In this document: positions 50,082 to 63,810 of the stretch, one piece after another
How the letters are laid out: every line of letters starts with the position of its first letter
How positions within the stretch are numbered: position 1 is the first letter of the stretch
From: an uncultured Acidobacteriota bacterium
GTDB lineage: Bacteria > Acidobacteriota > Thermoanaerobaculia > UBA5066
Assembly (NCBI GenBank): GCA_963779415.1
Contig: CAVZYA010000001.1
Coordinates: 1,664,001 to 1,728,000, forward strand
DNA length: 64,000 nucleotides
Direction of reading: 5' to 3'
Notes under the pieces: generated by a model
The model's input: the letters and a program-made list of their open reading frames with translations, nothing else
What the model was told of the DNA's origin: nothing
The model's database searches: none
Position numbers and translations under genes: made by a program

Positions 50082-52420
50082 GCCTCCCGGCGTTCGCTCC
50101 CCTCGCCGCCTTCACCGCCCTCCTCGCCCTCGCCGCGCCCGCCGAGCCGGAGCGCGACCTTGCACGCGAGGCGACCTCGGCCGCGCGCGCCGGCGAGTGG
50201 GAAAAGGTCCTCGAATCGCTCGAGAAGCTCCGCCTCGAGAACCCCGACCGCTACGCGGACGGCCGCTTCGACTACCTCGCGGCACGGGCTCTCGCCGCGA
50301 GCGGCCGCCCGGACGAGGCGCTTCCCCGGTTCGAGCGCTTCATCGCGCCGGGCGATCTCTTCGACGTTCCCGCACGGCTCGCCGCCGCGCAGCTCCGCTT
50401 CCAGACGGGGGACGGGGAAGGCGCCTTCGACCTCCTCCTGCCGCTCTTTGCGCGGAAGGGGACCTACGTGGCGCGGCGTGCCCTGCGGATCACCCTCGAC
50501 GCGCTCGAGACGAAGAGCGACGCCGTCGTTCTCTCGCGTCTCGTCGCCGCGCGGCTTCCCGCGGCCCCGAGAGAAAGGCGTCGCCTGACGGCTCTCCGTG
50601 CGGACGCGCTCGAGGCTTCCGGGGAGACGGCCCAGGCCGAGGCCCTCCGCGAGGAGCTGCTCCGCGAAGGGGGGCGCGACGATGCGGCCGCCGTCGTCCT
50701 CGCGCGGGAGATGCGTGGCACGGACGCGGCGGCGATCCCCGAGCCCCTTCTCCGTCTCCTCATCGACACGGCGCGCGCGCAGCGGGACCTCGAGATGGCC
50801 GAGCGGCTTCTCGTCGAGCGGGACCGCCGCGCCGCCGCCGGAACCGACGTCGACGAGCACGAGCTGGCCCGGTTCGATCTCGGCCGCCTCTACGCTTCTC
50901 GCGGGCGCTTTGCGGAAGCCGCCGCCGTCTTTCGCGGCCTCCTCGCGGATCGGCCGGCCCGGCTGAAGCGCGGAAGAACGCGGAGCGCCGACGCCCCCGG
51001 CACGGCCGGTTTCTTTACTCGCGTCCGCTTCAACTACGCCGCGGCGCTCGAGAAGCTGGGGAACGCCGAGTCGGCGATCGTCGAGCTTCGGCGCGCCGAG
51101 ATCGAGCGGACCGGCCCCTGGAGGCTGGCGATGCTCCAGCGGGCCCGGATCCTGACGCGGACGGAACGCTTCGACGAGGCCGAGGCGATTCTTCGCGACC
51201 CCGTCCTTCAGCGCGAGCCGGGCCGGGTCGAAGGGCTCCTGACGCTCGTCCTCCGCCGCTCCGAGACCGGAGATGCCGCCGGAGCGCGCCGGGCGCTGGA
51301 AAGCGTCCTGGCGCTCGCCCGCGCCCGAAGGCTCCCGGAGCCCTGGAAGTCGGAGATTCCGTTCTGGCAGGGCCGCGTGGCCGAGGCGGGAGGCGACGCG
51401 CGCTCGGCGCTCGCGGCCTACGCCCGCCTCCTCGCGGAGCACCCCTCGTCCGCGGCGGCCGACTTCGCACGCGAACGGGCGCTGGGGCTTCCGGAACCGC
51501 TCCGTGCCGCCTTCCTCAGGCAGCGCCGCGCCCTCGGGGAGGCGGCCCTCGCACGGGGATCGCCGCGCGACGCTCTCGCGCCGCTCCTTCCGGCGACGCG
51601 GCTCGGCGACGACGCCGCCCGCGACCTTCTTCGCGTCGCGTACGGGGCCCTCCCGGCCTACTCGGAGATCCTCCTTGCGCCCGAGCTCGGCGCCGAGACG
51701 CTCCCGACGCTCTGCGGCGACGCGGGGGCGTGCCGGCTCCTCCAGCTGGGCCTCGCGGAGGAGGCCGCGCCGATCGTCCGCGACGCCGCGCGCCTCGATA
51801 CGCTCCTCGGCTGCATGGCCTCCGCGCGCCTCGCGGAGCAGGCCGACGCCGGCCCCTTCGCGCTCGAAGCGGCCGAGGCGCTGGCCCGGAAGATCCCGAA
51901 GGACTTCCTTCTCGAGCTCGCGCCGCTCCCGGTCCGGCGCGCCCTCGCCCCGCGCCCGTTCGACCGGCTCGTCGCCGACGCCGCGCGCGAGAGCGGCGTG
52001 CCGCACGATCTCCTCTACGCCGTCATGCGGCAGGAGAGCGGCTTCGACCGGGAGGCCGCCTCCCCGGCCGCCGCCCGCGGCCTGATGCAGCTGACGCTCC
52101 CGACGGCCGGGGAGGCGGCTCGCGAGCTTTCGGAAGAGCCTCCCGCCTACCTCCAGCTCTACGAGCCGGAGCGCTCCCTCCGCCTCGGCGCGCAGACGCT
52201 CCGCGGGCTTCTCGCGCGCTTCTCCGGCGATCCGGTGCGCGCCATCTCCGGCTACAACGCGGGAGCCGGGCAGACCGCGATATGGGTCGGGGCGGCCCGG
52301 ACCCCCTCGGAGGCGCTCTTCGCCGCGATCACCTACGCACAGACCCGGACGTACCTGCGCCGGGTCCTCGTACACCGGGACCTCTACCGGCTCGCCGAGA
52401 CCGCGCCTCAGCGCCGATAG
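50066..52420 (+). CDS. slt: Soluble lytic transglycosylase with TPR-like helical region
   Basis: VMRQESGF, ARGLMQL, GYNAG; signal peptide. Confidence 0.88.
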   Translation: MASRLSLPAFAPLAAFTALLALAAPAEPERDLAREATSAARAGEWEKVLESLEKLRLENPDRYADGRFDYLAARALAASGRPDEALPRFERFIAPGDLFDVPARLAAAQLRFQTGDGEGAFDLLLPLFARKGTYVARRALRITLDALETKSDAVVLSRLVAARLPAAPRERRRLTALRADALEASGETAQAEALREELLREGGRDDAAAVVLAREMRGTDAAAIPEPLLRLLIDTARAQRDLEMAERLLVERDRRAAAGTDVDEHELARFDLGRLYASRGRFAEAAAVFRGLLADRPARLKRGRTRSADAPGTAGFFTRVRFNYAAALEKLGNAESAIVELRRAEIERTGPWRLAMLQRARILTRTERFDEAEAILRDPVLQREPGRVEGLLTLVLRRSETGDAAGARRALESVLALARARRLPEPWKSEIPFWQGRVAEAGGDARSALAAYARLLAEHPSSAAADFARERALGLPEPLRAAFLRQRRALGEAALARGSPRDALAPLLPATRLGDDAARDLLRVAYGALPAYSEILLAPELGAETLPTLCGDAGACRLLQLGLAEEAAPIVRDAARLDTLLGCMASARLAEQADAGPFALEAAEALARKIPKDFLLELAPLPVRRALAPRPFDRLVADAARESGVPHDLLYAVMRQESGFDREAASPAAARGLMQLTLPTAGEAARELSEEPPAYLQLYEPERSLRLGAQTLRGLLARFSGDPVRAISGYNAGAGQTAIWVGAARTPSEALFAAITYAQTRTYLRRVLVHRDLYRLAETAPQRR

Positions 52421-53088
52421 ACGAGGATGCGGGTCGACTTCCGGAGATCGTCGGTCCAGCGCGCGATCGCCTCGTTCAGCTTCCGCTCGCGGATCAGCTC
52501 GCGGACCTCGTCGGACACCTCCGCGAGCGGCGGGAGCGTCTCGATCCCTTTCTCGCGCGCCTCGTCGCGGAACGGACCCTCGTAGAACGCGCGGATCTCG
52601 TCGTCGGTCACGCGCACCGTCGGGGCGAGCCTCTCGCGCGTGAAGTTCTCCAGCATCAGGCCTCTCCGGACGAACGCCGTGACCTCCCCGCGCGAGATGC
52701 CGGCGCTCCTCAGGACCTCTTCGAAAGGCATCCCGCGCTCCTTCTCCACGCGCTCGGCGAGCGCCTTCACGCGCCGGTCGACCTCCCCCGGATCGGGTTC
52801 GAGCCCTCCCGTCTTCCGGAGCTCGCGCTCCCGGAGCGCGTCCGTCACGAGCTCGTCGAGAACCCGGCCGCGGTAGGCCTGGTCGCTTTCGTCCGGAAGG
52901 GGGCGCAGGAAGCGGACCGCGACGAGGTTCCGGACCTCGCTCTCGAGGATGATCTCGTCGCCGACGACCGCCGCGATCCGGTCGACGACGACTCCCGGCG
53001 AAGAAGGCGTGGCGGAGGGGGTCGCCGGAGGCGTCGTCGTCCCGAGGGCCAAGAGGAGAGCGAGCGGGGCGGCCGACGCCGGGATCAC
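52408..53088 (-). CDS. SurA N-terminal-domain periplasmic chaperone
   Basis: VVDRIAAVVGDEIILESEV, VTDDEIRAFY. Confidence 0.8.
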   Translation of the reverse strand: MIPASAAPLALLLALGTTTPPATPSATPSSPGVVVDRIAAVVGDEIILESEVRNLVAVRFLRPLPDESDQAYRGRVLDELVTDALRERELRKTGGLEPDPGEVDRRVKALAERVEKERGMPFEEVLRSAGISRGEVTAFVRRGLMLENFTRERLAPTVRVTDDEIRAFYEGPFRDEAREKGIETLPPLAEVSDEVRELIRERKLNEAIARWTDDLRKSTRILVYRR

Positions 53089-53123
53089 GGCGCGATCGTA
53101 GCAAGGGGCGCTACGATGCCGGC

Positions 53124-53861
53124 GTGAGCGGACGGCTCCTCGTCGTGGCGACGCCGATCGGGAATCTCGACGACCTCTCGCCGCGCGCCCGCGAGGCGCT
53201 CTCCGGCGCCGCGGTCGTCTACTGCGAGGACACGCGTCGGACCCAGCACCTCTTCGCGAGGTGGGGCATCGCGACGCCGCGCGTCTCCTGTCACGAGCAC
53301 AACGAGCACCGGCGGATCGCCGAGGCGCTCGCCCGCCTCGAGCGGGGCGAGGCGGTCGCGCTCGTTTCGGACGCCGGGACGCCGGCGGTTTCGGATCCGG
53401 GACAGCGCCTCGTGGCCGCCGCGGCGGCGGCCGGCCACCGCGTGGAGCCGCTGCCGGGCCCCTCGGCCGCCCTCGCGATCCTCTCCGTGAGCGGCTTTCC
53501 GGCGGTCCCCTTCACCTTCCTCGGCTTCCCGCCGGCGCGGCGCGGAGAGCGAGACCGCTGGTTTGCGGCACGGGCCGAACGCGGCGGGACGGTCGTCCTC
53601 TTCGAATCGCCCCACCGGATCGTCGAGTCGCTCGCCGCCCTCGCTGCCGCCTGGGACGATCCCGACGTCGCCGTCGGGCGCGAGCTGACGAAGGTGCACG
53701 AGGAGATCCTCCGGGGCCGGGCCTCGGACGTCGCGAAGCTCCTCGCGGCGCGCCCGGGGGTGAAGGGCGAGCTGGCCGTGGCGATCGCCCCTTCACGTGA
53801 AGCCGAAGCCCCGCCGCGGGAGAGCGCCGCTTCTCAGGACGCGGAGCGGTCCTCGAGCTGA
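53124..53861 (+). CDS. rsmI: 16S rRNA C1402 2'-O-methyltransferase
   Basis: VATPIGNLDD, CEDTR, SDAGTPAVSDPG, FESPHR, RELTKVHEE. Confidence 0.95.
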   Translation: MSGRLLVVATPIGNLDDLSPRAREALSGAAVVYCEDTRRTQHLFARWGIATPRVSCHEHNEHRRIAEALARLERGEAVALVSDAGTPAVSDPGQRLVAAAAAAGHRVEPLPGPSAALAILSVSGFPAVPFTFLGFPPARRGERDRWFAARAERGGTVVLFESPHRIVESLAALAAAWDDPDVAVGRELTKVHEEILRGRASDVAKLLAARPGVKGELAVAIAPSREAEAPPRESAASQDAERSSS

Positions 53862-54346
53862 AGGCGACCGTCGGCGGCGAGTCGCGAGGCGAGCGTCCGC
53901 CAATGGACGTCGGGCTGGGCGGCGAACGCGTGGAGGTAGATCGCGGCGTCCCGCGCCGGGAAGCGTGAGAGAAGCGCGTTGACGGCCGCGTCCAGCGTCG
54001 CCTCGGGGGGCTCGGGGACCTCCCCTTCCAACGACAGCTGCGCGCCGTCGTGCGGAAGTCCGGCCGCCTCGAGGAACGTTTCGATCAGCTCCTTCTTCTT
54101 CCGGACGAGCGCGGCCGAGAGGACGAAGAGACCGAGCTCGGAGGCGCGCCGGTCGCGGAGGGTCCGCCTCACGTACGCTTTCCGCGTCTCCTCGGGCAGA
54201 CGCCCGAAGCGGGCGAGGCTGATGTTCTGGAGGGAGAGGACGGCGCCGGCGAGCCGGTCCGGAACGCCTTCGTCCTCGCAGGCCGAAAGGACGATCGCGG
54301 CCGTCTCTTCGGAGGAGAGGGAGCGGAAGAGCTCGTGAGGCTTCAT
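53834..54346 (-). CDS. Hypothetical helical protein
   Basis: 170-aa ORF with coding-like composition, divergent from SNF2. Confidence 0.65.
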   Translation of the reverse strand: MKPHELFRSLSSEETAAIVLSACEDEGVPDRLAGAVLSLQNISLARFGRLPEETRKAYVRRTLRDRRASELGLFVLSAALVRKKKELIETFLEAAGLPHDGAQLSLEGEVPEPPEATLDAAVNALLSRFPARDAAIYLHAFAAQPDVHWRTLASRLAADGRLQLEDRSAS

Positions 54347-54407
54347 CGACGCGGAGGATAAACCGGACCATTTCCGGCGCGGACGGGCCCCCTCGCTTTC
54401 TGCGACA

Positions 54408-57400
54408 ATGGACGGCTTGATTCTTCTCCACGGCGTCTACGTGCCGGAACTCTCCGAGCCTCCTCTCACGGGCTTTCTCCTCTGGGCCGAAGGGGAAGCT
54501 CCGGACGCGCCTCCGCCGGATCGTCACCCGCGCGCCCTTGCGCCCGCCGTGCTGGAGGAGGCGCTTCGCCCGCTCGGCCTCGGCAACGCACCGGCCGGAG
54601 GGGTCCGGGCGGTCACGGCCCGCCTCGCGCTCCCCTCGCGCGGGGGCTGGCCGCTCGCCCCGGCGTCGTTTCTCCGCGATGCGGGAGCCTCGGGTACCCC
54701 GTCTCTCCGCTGGTTCGAGATCTTCGGCCTCCGCCTCACCGCGATCGAGACGCTCGATCTCGTGCCGAACGTCGCGACGAGCCTGCGGGCCCGCCCCCAG
54801 CGGCTGCGATCCGGCGACGACCTCGACTACTGGGCCAAGGCGGCACGATGGGCCTTCGACCTCCTCTTTCGCCGTCGTGTCGCGCCGTCGGCTGACGCCG
54901 TCGCCCCCCTGTGGAAACCCGTCCTTTCCGATCCTGCCGAGCGGGAGCGCCTGCAGCGCTTCGCGGCCGCCCTTCCCCCCGCCGCGCGCACGGCGACGCA
55001 CGCCGCCGAGCACGGTACCGCGCGAGCCGGATCGCTCTTCCCCTCGCCGGTTCGGACCGTTCGCCTCTTTCTCGAGGAGATCACCGACGCGGCGGCCCGC
55101 GAGTTCATCCGGGACGTGGTTCCGTCCGAGCAGCGCCGCGCGGGGAGCGGACCGGAAGCTGTCGTGGCCGCCGCGCTCGCCTCGCCGCCCGGACCTCCTC
55201 TCGAGCCGGAGATCCTCGCGCGCCTCTTCGACTACAGTCTTGGACTTCTCGAGCCGCTTCCGGAAGGAGCGCTCGCTCTCGGGATCCGGGTCGTTCCTCC
55301 TCCGGGTGATGCACCCGACTCGCCGTGGCGCCTCCAATACCACCTCGTCGCCTCCGACGACAACACGATCGAGCTGGACGCGGCAGAGATCTGGGGAATC
55401 AAGGAGGGGGCGATCCGGCGCGCCGGACGGCTCTTCGCGGCGCCCCAGGAGGCGCTCCTCGCCCGCCTCGCCACCGCGTCCACCCTCTCGCCGGTCGTGG
55501 CGCGAAGCCTCGAAGAGCGCCACCCGGCCGACGTTGAGCTGACGCTCGAGGAGGCCTGCGCCTTCCTGACGCGGGAGGCGCCGCTGCTTTCGGAGTCGGG
55601 AGTCCGGGTCCTCCTGCCGAACGAAGGGCGGCTCGCGCGCGTTTCGCTGCGGCTTCACGCTGGCGACGGCGGGCGAGGCGGGGCGCTGACCCGGTTCGGC
55701 CTCGAGACCGTCGTCGATTTCGACTGGCGCGTCGCGGTCGGGGAGACCGTCCTTTCGCCCGAGGAGTTCGAGGAGCTGGCCGCCCGGAAGATCCCGCTCG
55801 TCCCGATCCGCGGCGAGTGGGTCCTTCTCGACCACGAGCATCTCTCGCGAACGCTTCGCCTCTTCGACCGGCGCCCCGCCGGACGGACGACGCTCGGCGA
55901 GTTCCTTCGGCTCGCGAGCGGCCTCGACGCCGAGGCGGGCTCCTATCCGGTGGAGGCCGTCTCCGGCGAAGGATGGCTGAAGGCCTTCCTCGATCCGACG
56001 GAAGCGCGGCGGGAGATCTCCGGTTTCACGGCGCCGGCCGGGCTCGTCGGGACGCTCCGCCCCTACCAGAGCCGGGGGGTCGCCTGGATGCGGTTCCTGA
56101 CGGCGCGCGGCCTCGGCGCCTGCCTCGCGGACGACATGGGCCTCGGCAAGACCGTTCAGTACCTCACGGTCCTCCTCGCAGCCAAGGAGGCGGGAGAGGT
56201 GATCCGCCCTTCCCTGCTCATCTGTCCGACCTCCGTCGCGGAGAACTGGATTACGGAGGCCGCGCGTTTCGCCCCGTCCCTCACGGTCGCCGTCCACCAC
56301 GGTCCCGACCGCGCGGCCGGCGCGGCGTTCGGCGCGCTCCTTCAGCGAACCGACATCCTCGTGACGACGTACGGCCTCGCCCATCGCGACCGCGCCCTCT
56401 TCGGACCGGTCGACTGGCAGTACGTGGCTCTCGACGAGGCGCAGAACGTCAAGAACCCCGCCGCCGCCCAGTCGCGGGCCGTCCGGGCACTCAAGGCGCG
56501 GCGCCGCGCCGCCCTCACCGGGACACCGATGGAGAACCGGCTCTCCGAGCTGAAGTCGATCTTCGACTTCCTGAACCCCGGCCTCCTCGGGACGGACGAC
56601 GAGTTCCGGAGGAGCTTCGCCCTTCCGATCGAGCGCCAGCGGGACCCCGCGGCGACCGAGCGACTCCGCCGCCTGACGGGGCCCTGTCTGCTGCGCCGCG
56701 CGAAGACCGACCCCGGGGTCGTGGCGGACCTCCCCGAGAAGATCGAGACGAAGGAGTTCGTCGGCCTCACCCGCGAGCAGGCGGCGCTCTACCGCGCGAC
56801 GACCCGGGCGCTTCTCACGGGAATCGGGATGGCAAAGGGACGCAGCCGGCGCGCACGGGTCCTTCTCCTCCTGCTTCGCCTGAAGCAGATCTGCGACCAC
56901 CCGGCTCTCCTCGATCCGGCCGAGGGACGCCTCGCCGCGCGCTCGGCGAAGCTCTCCCGCCTCCTCTCCCTGCTCGAGGAGACGAGCGCCGAGCGGCGCC
57001 CCGCTCTCGTCTTCACCCAGTTCGCGCAGATGGGAAAGATCCTCGTCCGCTGCGTCGAGGAGCATTTCGGAAACGAGGTTCTCTTCCTCCACGGCGGGGT
57101 TCCGCGGCGGGCCCGCGCCGACATGGTGCGCCGTTTCCAGGAAGACCTCGACCCGCCGCTCGTCTTCGTCGTCTCGCTTCGCGCCGGCGGGAGCGGCCTG
57201 AACCTGACGCGCGCCTCGCACGTCTTCCACTTCGACCGCTGGTGGAATCCCGCCGTCGAAGAGCAGGCGACCGACCGCGCCTTCCGGATCGGGCAGACGC
57301 AGAACGTCCAGGTCCACAAGTTCGTCTGCCGTGGCACGCTCGAGGAGCGGATCGACCGCCTCCTCGACGAGAAGAAGTACCTGGCCCGGACGATCGTCGG

Positions 57401-57496
57401 CTCCGGGGAAACGTGGCTCGCCGCCCTGACGGACGACGAGATCGCCGATCTCGTTCTCTCTCGCGCGAGGCCGTGGAGATGGAGGCCGACGGATGA
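54408..57496 (+). CDS. SNF2-family helicase/ATPase (frameshift near the C-terminus)
   Basis: LRPYQ, ADDMGLGKT, LDEAQNVKN, LTGTPMENR, FDRWWNPAVEEQATDRAFRIGQ; probable true end VLSREAVEMEADG* overlapping the next ATG. Confidence 0.92.
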
Positions 57497-58311
57497 CGGC
57501 GAGGAGTCCGAGCCTCATGTCGCTTCTTCCGGGCTGGAGGGAGCGCTGGGTCGCCACGCTCCGGGGTTTCGGCTGGGCCGTTCCACTTCCGAAGGGGCGA
57601 ACGGCGCACCTCGAGACCGGACCCGAAGGGGTCGTCGCGACGGTCCGCTCCGGAGGGGCGCCGAATCGCGTCCGGGTCCGCCTCACGCCGCTTCCGCGCC
57701 GCACGTTCGAAGCGGGGATGCGGAAGCTCGCCCTCCGGGCGGCGTCCGCGGCGAGCCTCCTTGCCGGCAGCCTTCCCGCCGACGCGGACTCGGCTTTCTC
57801 CGGCATGCGACACGGGCTTCTTCCCCGTCGTCCCGAGGAGGTCGAGCAGTCATGCAGCTGCGGCGAGGCGCCCCCCTGCAGTCATCTCCTCGCCGTCCAC
57901 TCGGCCATCGCGGCGCGGCTCGCGTCGGATCCTCTTCTTCTCCCGGAGCTTCGAGGCCGGCGCCGGGAGGAGATCGTGGAGACCATGAGACGGCTCCGCC
58001 AGATCGATTCACCGATTGCTTCGGGACCGGCGCTCTCGGGCGGCGCGCCTCGGGAGGAGGCTCCGGCACCTCTTCCGGAGGGGGCGTTCGAGCGGCCCGA
58101 ATGCTTCTTCTCGCCGCTCCTCCCTCTCTCGTCCCTCGTCATCTCTTCGTCCTCGGGCGAGCCGACCGACACGATACCGGCGCGCCTCGGTCCTCCTCCG
58201 TTCTCCGATCCGGAAGCTTCCCGACTCGTCGAGGACTTTCACCGGGCCATCGGGCTCGGTGCCGCGGAGCGCCTCGCGGAGTGGGATTGGCGGCGCGCGG
58301 GGAAGAGCTGA
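57493..58311 (+). CDS. SWIM zinc-finger protein
   Basis: CSCGEAPPCSH...DPLLLPELRGRRREE; ATGA overlap with SNF2. Confidence 0.8.
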   Translation: MTARSPSLMSLLPGWRERWVATLRGFGWAVPLPKGRTAHLETGPEGVVATVRSGGAPNRVRVRLTPLPRRTFEAGMRKLALRAASAASLLAGSLPADADSAFSGMRHGLLPRRPEEVEQSCSCGEAPPCSHLLAVHSAIAARLASDPLLLPELRGRRREEIVETMRRLRQIDSPIASGPALSGGAPREEAPAPLPEGAFERPECFFSPLLPLSSLVISSSSGEPTDTIPARLGPPPFSDPEASRLVEDFHRAIGLGAAERLAEWDWRRAGKS

Positions 58312-58315
58312 GGAT

Positions 58316-59758
58316 TCAGCGCCCGGCGCGGGCGAGAAGCCACGCCTCCATCAGCAAGAACCCTCCCCCGATGCCGCTCTTGGCGCCACGATCGACGCCG
58401 GAGAGGTCCCGGAGCGACCGCACCAGCTCCTCGAGCGTCCAGCCTTCCAGCGCTTGAAACGAGCGGAAGAGAAGGTACGGATGAACGTCGGCGGAAAGCG
58501 GTGGCGCGCCGTTCCGGACGGCGCGGAGCGAGGGAAGGAGTCTGTCGGCGAAACCGCGGTAGTCGAGCCGGCGCCCTTTTCCGGGCTCGATCCCGCGGTC
58601 GGCGAGCGCGGCCTTGAGGAGGAGCATTCGCCGCAGGTCGGCCGCGAGAAGGCCGAGGATCGGGAAGAAGGCCGACTCCCCTCGCGGCCCCTTCCGCGGC
58701 GGGGAGCCGTCCCCGCGTCCTCCCGTCGGGCGGAACGCCGTGAACTCGCCTCCCGAGAGGAGCCTCTCCAGGATCCGGATCGCCTCGACGAACCGTCGGC
58801 CCGCGACCGCCTCGACGAAATCCGAGCCGTACTCCTTCCGTTCGTCCGCCACGAGCCTCCCGGCGTCCTCCTCCGTCACACGCTCTCCCCCCGCCCCGTC
58901 GATGAGCCGGTCGAGGTCGAGAAGAAACGCGCGCGCGGCGAGCCGGCCGCGGGAGGTCAGGAGGGCGAAGACCTCGGCGTCGACGAGCGCTCCCCGCTCG
59001 ATCGCCCGCTCCGCGCCGAGAGCGACGAGCCGCTCCTGCCGCTCCTCGTCCGAGCCCGCGGACAAGTCCGCCGCGATCCCCGCACGCCGGAGCTCCCCCG
59101 CGATGCCGTGCTCTGCGTCCGGCGAGACCGCGAAGACGACCAGCGCGTTGTCGCCCGGGGTGGAGCGCGACGCGTAGTCGGCGAGCGGCGCCGCCGAGAC
59201 GACGCCGGTTGCGCCGGACTCCGCCGCGAGAACGAGGAGGCGTGAGAGTTCGGCGGCCCTCTCGCTCCGTCTCACCCTTCCCGCGAGACGCCGGGCGGCC
59301 TCCTCGGGATTTTCGGACGCGTCGATTCCCGCCGCGGCGGCGAGCGCCGCGGCGCGGCGGGCGGCACGCAGGTGGGCCGCCGTTGCGGAGCCGCCCGGCT
59401 CCGCGGGCTCGGATTCCGCCGCGTCGTCCAGCACCGCCTCCAGCTCCTCCGCCGTCAGATTGCGGGCCCGGAGGATCTCCGTCGCGTCGAGGACGACGAG
59501 CCGGTTCGTCGCGAACAGAGCCACGGTCGCCGCGTCCGCGACGGCCTCGCTCACGCCTCCCGCCGAGCCGTCGTAGGAGGCGACCTCCCCCTCGACGAAG
59601 GCCTCGCGAAAGGCAGCGGTCAGCCGCCGGACCGCCTCCGAGACGATCCCGTCGTCGTCCCCCGCGACGAAGAGGAGAGGAGGAAGCGGAGAGCGCCGTA
59701 CGGCCGCGAGAAGAGGCGAAAGCGCCGCGAAGGGATCAGACCTCGAACGCGAACTCAC
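58316..59758 (-). CDS. holA: DNA polymerase III delta subunit-like protein
   Basis: LLFVAGDD, TVALFATNRLVV, DLDRL, DRGAKSG; longer than usual. Confidence 0.65.
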   Translation of the reverse strand: MSSRSRSDPFAALSPLLAAVRRSPLPPLLFVAGDDDGIVSEAVRRLTAAFREAFVEGEVASYDGSAGGVSEAVADAATVALFATNRLVVLDATEILRARNLTAEELEAVLDDAAESEPAEPGGSATAAHLRAARRAAALAAAAGIDASENPEEAARRLAGRVRRSERAAELSRLLVLAAESGATGVVSAAPLADYASRSTPGDNALVVFAVSPDAEHGIAGELRRAGIAADLSAGSDEERQERLVALGAERAIERGALVDAEVFALLTSRGRLAARAFLLDLDRLIDGAGGERVTEEDAGRLVADERKEYGSDFVEAVAGRRFVEAIRILERLLSGGEFTAFRPTGGRGDGSPPRKGPRGESAFFPILGLLAADLRRMLLLKAALADRGIEPGKGRRLDYRGFADRLLPSLRAVRNGAPPLSADVHPYLLFRSFQALEGWTLEELVRSLRDLSGVDRGAKSGIGGGFLLMEAWLLARAGR

Positions 59759-59850
59759 CAGGCCGATCCTATGACGTGTGACGGGGGGAGCGCGGGGGGT
59801 GCGAACCCGGCCTCATGGTTCGCGCCGACGGACCACGCACCCTCCGCGAA

Positions 59851-60240
59851 TCAGATCAACCCCTTGTCTTGTAACTCCTGGCAGTCGAGGCAGTGGCGCG
59901 CCCACGGAACGGCCTCGAGCCGCTTCTCCTGGCAGGGCTGGTTGCAGTGGACGCAGGTGCCGAACGTCCCCGCGTCGAGACGCTCGATCGCCTGCTCGAT
60001 CAGGAGGAGGATCCGGCGGTCGTTCTCCGAAAGGGAGTAGGCGAACTCCTTCGTGTAGGCCGACGTCGCGCGGTCCACCATGTCCTGGGCGGACTCGTCC
60101 GTCGTTTCGTCGGTCACCTCGCGGTTCTTCGCGAGGTCCTTCAGGAGCTCCTCCCGCTTGGCGAGGAGACGCTTCCGGGCCTTTTCGTGCCCGTCCTTCT
60201 TGGCGATCTTGACTGCCACCGTGGCGCTCTTGGGAGCCAT
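59851..60240 (-). CDS. dksA: DksA/TraR family transcription factor
   Basis: DMVDRA (DxxDxA) tip, CVHC...RLEAVPWARHCLDCQ. Confidence 0.88.
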   Translation of the reverse strand: MAPKSATVAVKIAKKDGHEKARKRLLAKREELLKDLAKNREVTDETTDESAQDMVDRATSAYTKEFAYSLSENDRRILLLIEQAIERLDAGTFGTCVHCNQPCQEKRLEAVPWARHCLDCQELQDKGLI

Positions 60241-60257
60241 CGTCTGGAATCCCCCGG

Positions 60258-60724
60258 TCACTTGGAATACGCGACACCCCGAAGCGTCGCGACCGCCCGA
60301 TAGACCTGCTCTACCAGAACGAGCCGTGCGAGCTGATGGGGCAGGGTCATTCGGGAGAGCGGGAGGATAGCACGCGCCTGCCGCCGGAGAGCCGGGTCCA
60401 GCCCGTAGGCGCCTCCGACGGCGAAGACCACCGCCGAAGGGGAGGAATCGAGCCAGAGCCGGAGTTCCGCGGCAAACTCGCCGCTCGTCCGCTCCGGACC
60501 GGACTCATCGGCGAGAACGAGGAGATCCCGGGGCCGGAGGGCCGAAAGAACCCGCTCGGCCTCGGCCTTCCGGATCCGCGCCGCGTCCGGCTTCGACCCC
60601 GGCTTCTTTTCCTTCACGACGGCGATCTCGGCAGGGACGAAACGGGAGATCCGCTCCACGTACCGCGCGATCCCGCGGGCGTACTCGGCGTCGTCGCTCT
60701 TCCCGACGAAGAGAAATCGGATCT

Positions 60725-60728
<4 letters not shown>
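60258..60728 (-). CDS. rlmH: 23S rRNA pseudouridine-1915 N3-methyltransferase
   Basis: FVGK, VGGAYGL, LSRMTLPHQLARLVLVEQVYRA. Confidence 0.93.
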
Positions 60729-61675
<947 letters not shown>

Positions 61676-61679
61676 CGCC

Positions 61680-62107
61680 CTAGCTGAAGCGAGCGGTCGC
61701 GTCGGGCGCGTCGCCCCAGAGCCGGTCGAGTCCGTAGAAGCGCCGGGCCTCCTCGTGGAAGATGTGAAAGACGGCGTCGCCGTAATCGAGGAGAATCCAG
61801 CGGGCGCGCTGGTAGCCCTCCTTCGAGAGCGGTCGCCGCCCTTCCGCCTTCATCGCCTGCTCGACGGCGTCGGCGAGCGCCTGCGCCTGCCGGTCGCTCG
61901 TGGCCGACGCGAGGACGAAGTAGTCGGACATGGCCGTCAACCCGCCGAGGTTGAGGACGACCAGCTTTTCGGCCTTCTTGTCGAGGAGCGCGGCCACGGC
62001 GCTCTTCACCTGCGCGACGAGCCGATCGTCGGCGGCCGCCGCGGCCCCGCCCCTTTCGGGCGGGGGCTCCGGAAACGGAACGGGAATCGGCGGAGGAGCG
62101 CCGGAGA

Positions 62108-62111
<4 letters not shown>
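61680..62111 (-). CDS. rsfS: Ribosome silencing factor
   Basis: DKKAE, SDYFVLASATSDRQ, WILLDYGD..HIF...RRFYGLDRLW; start uncertain. Confidence 0.92.

Positions 62112-63810
<1,699 letters not shown>

Noticed and set aside
50033-57806. Very long alternative-frame or antisense ORFs (1023, 976 and 1337 aa)
   Set aside because: Arg/Pro/Gly-rich shadows of slt and SNF2, expected at this GC content
54408-58457. 1349-aa SNF2 with long C-terminal extension
   Set aside because: A frameshift near 57460 causes read-through over the SWIM gene in a non-coding frame
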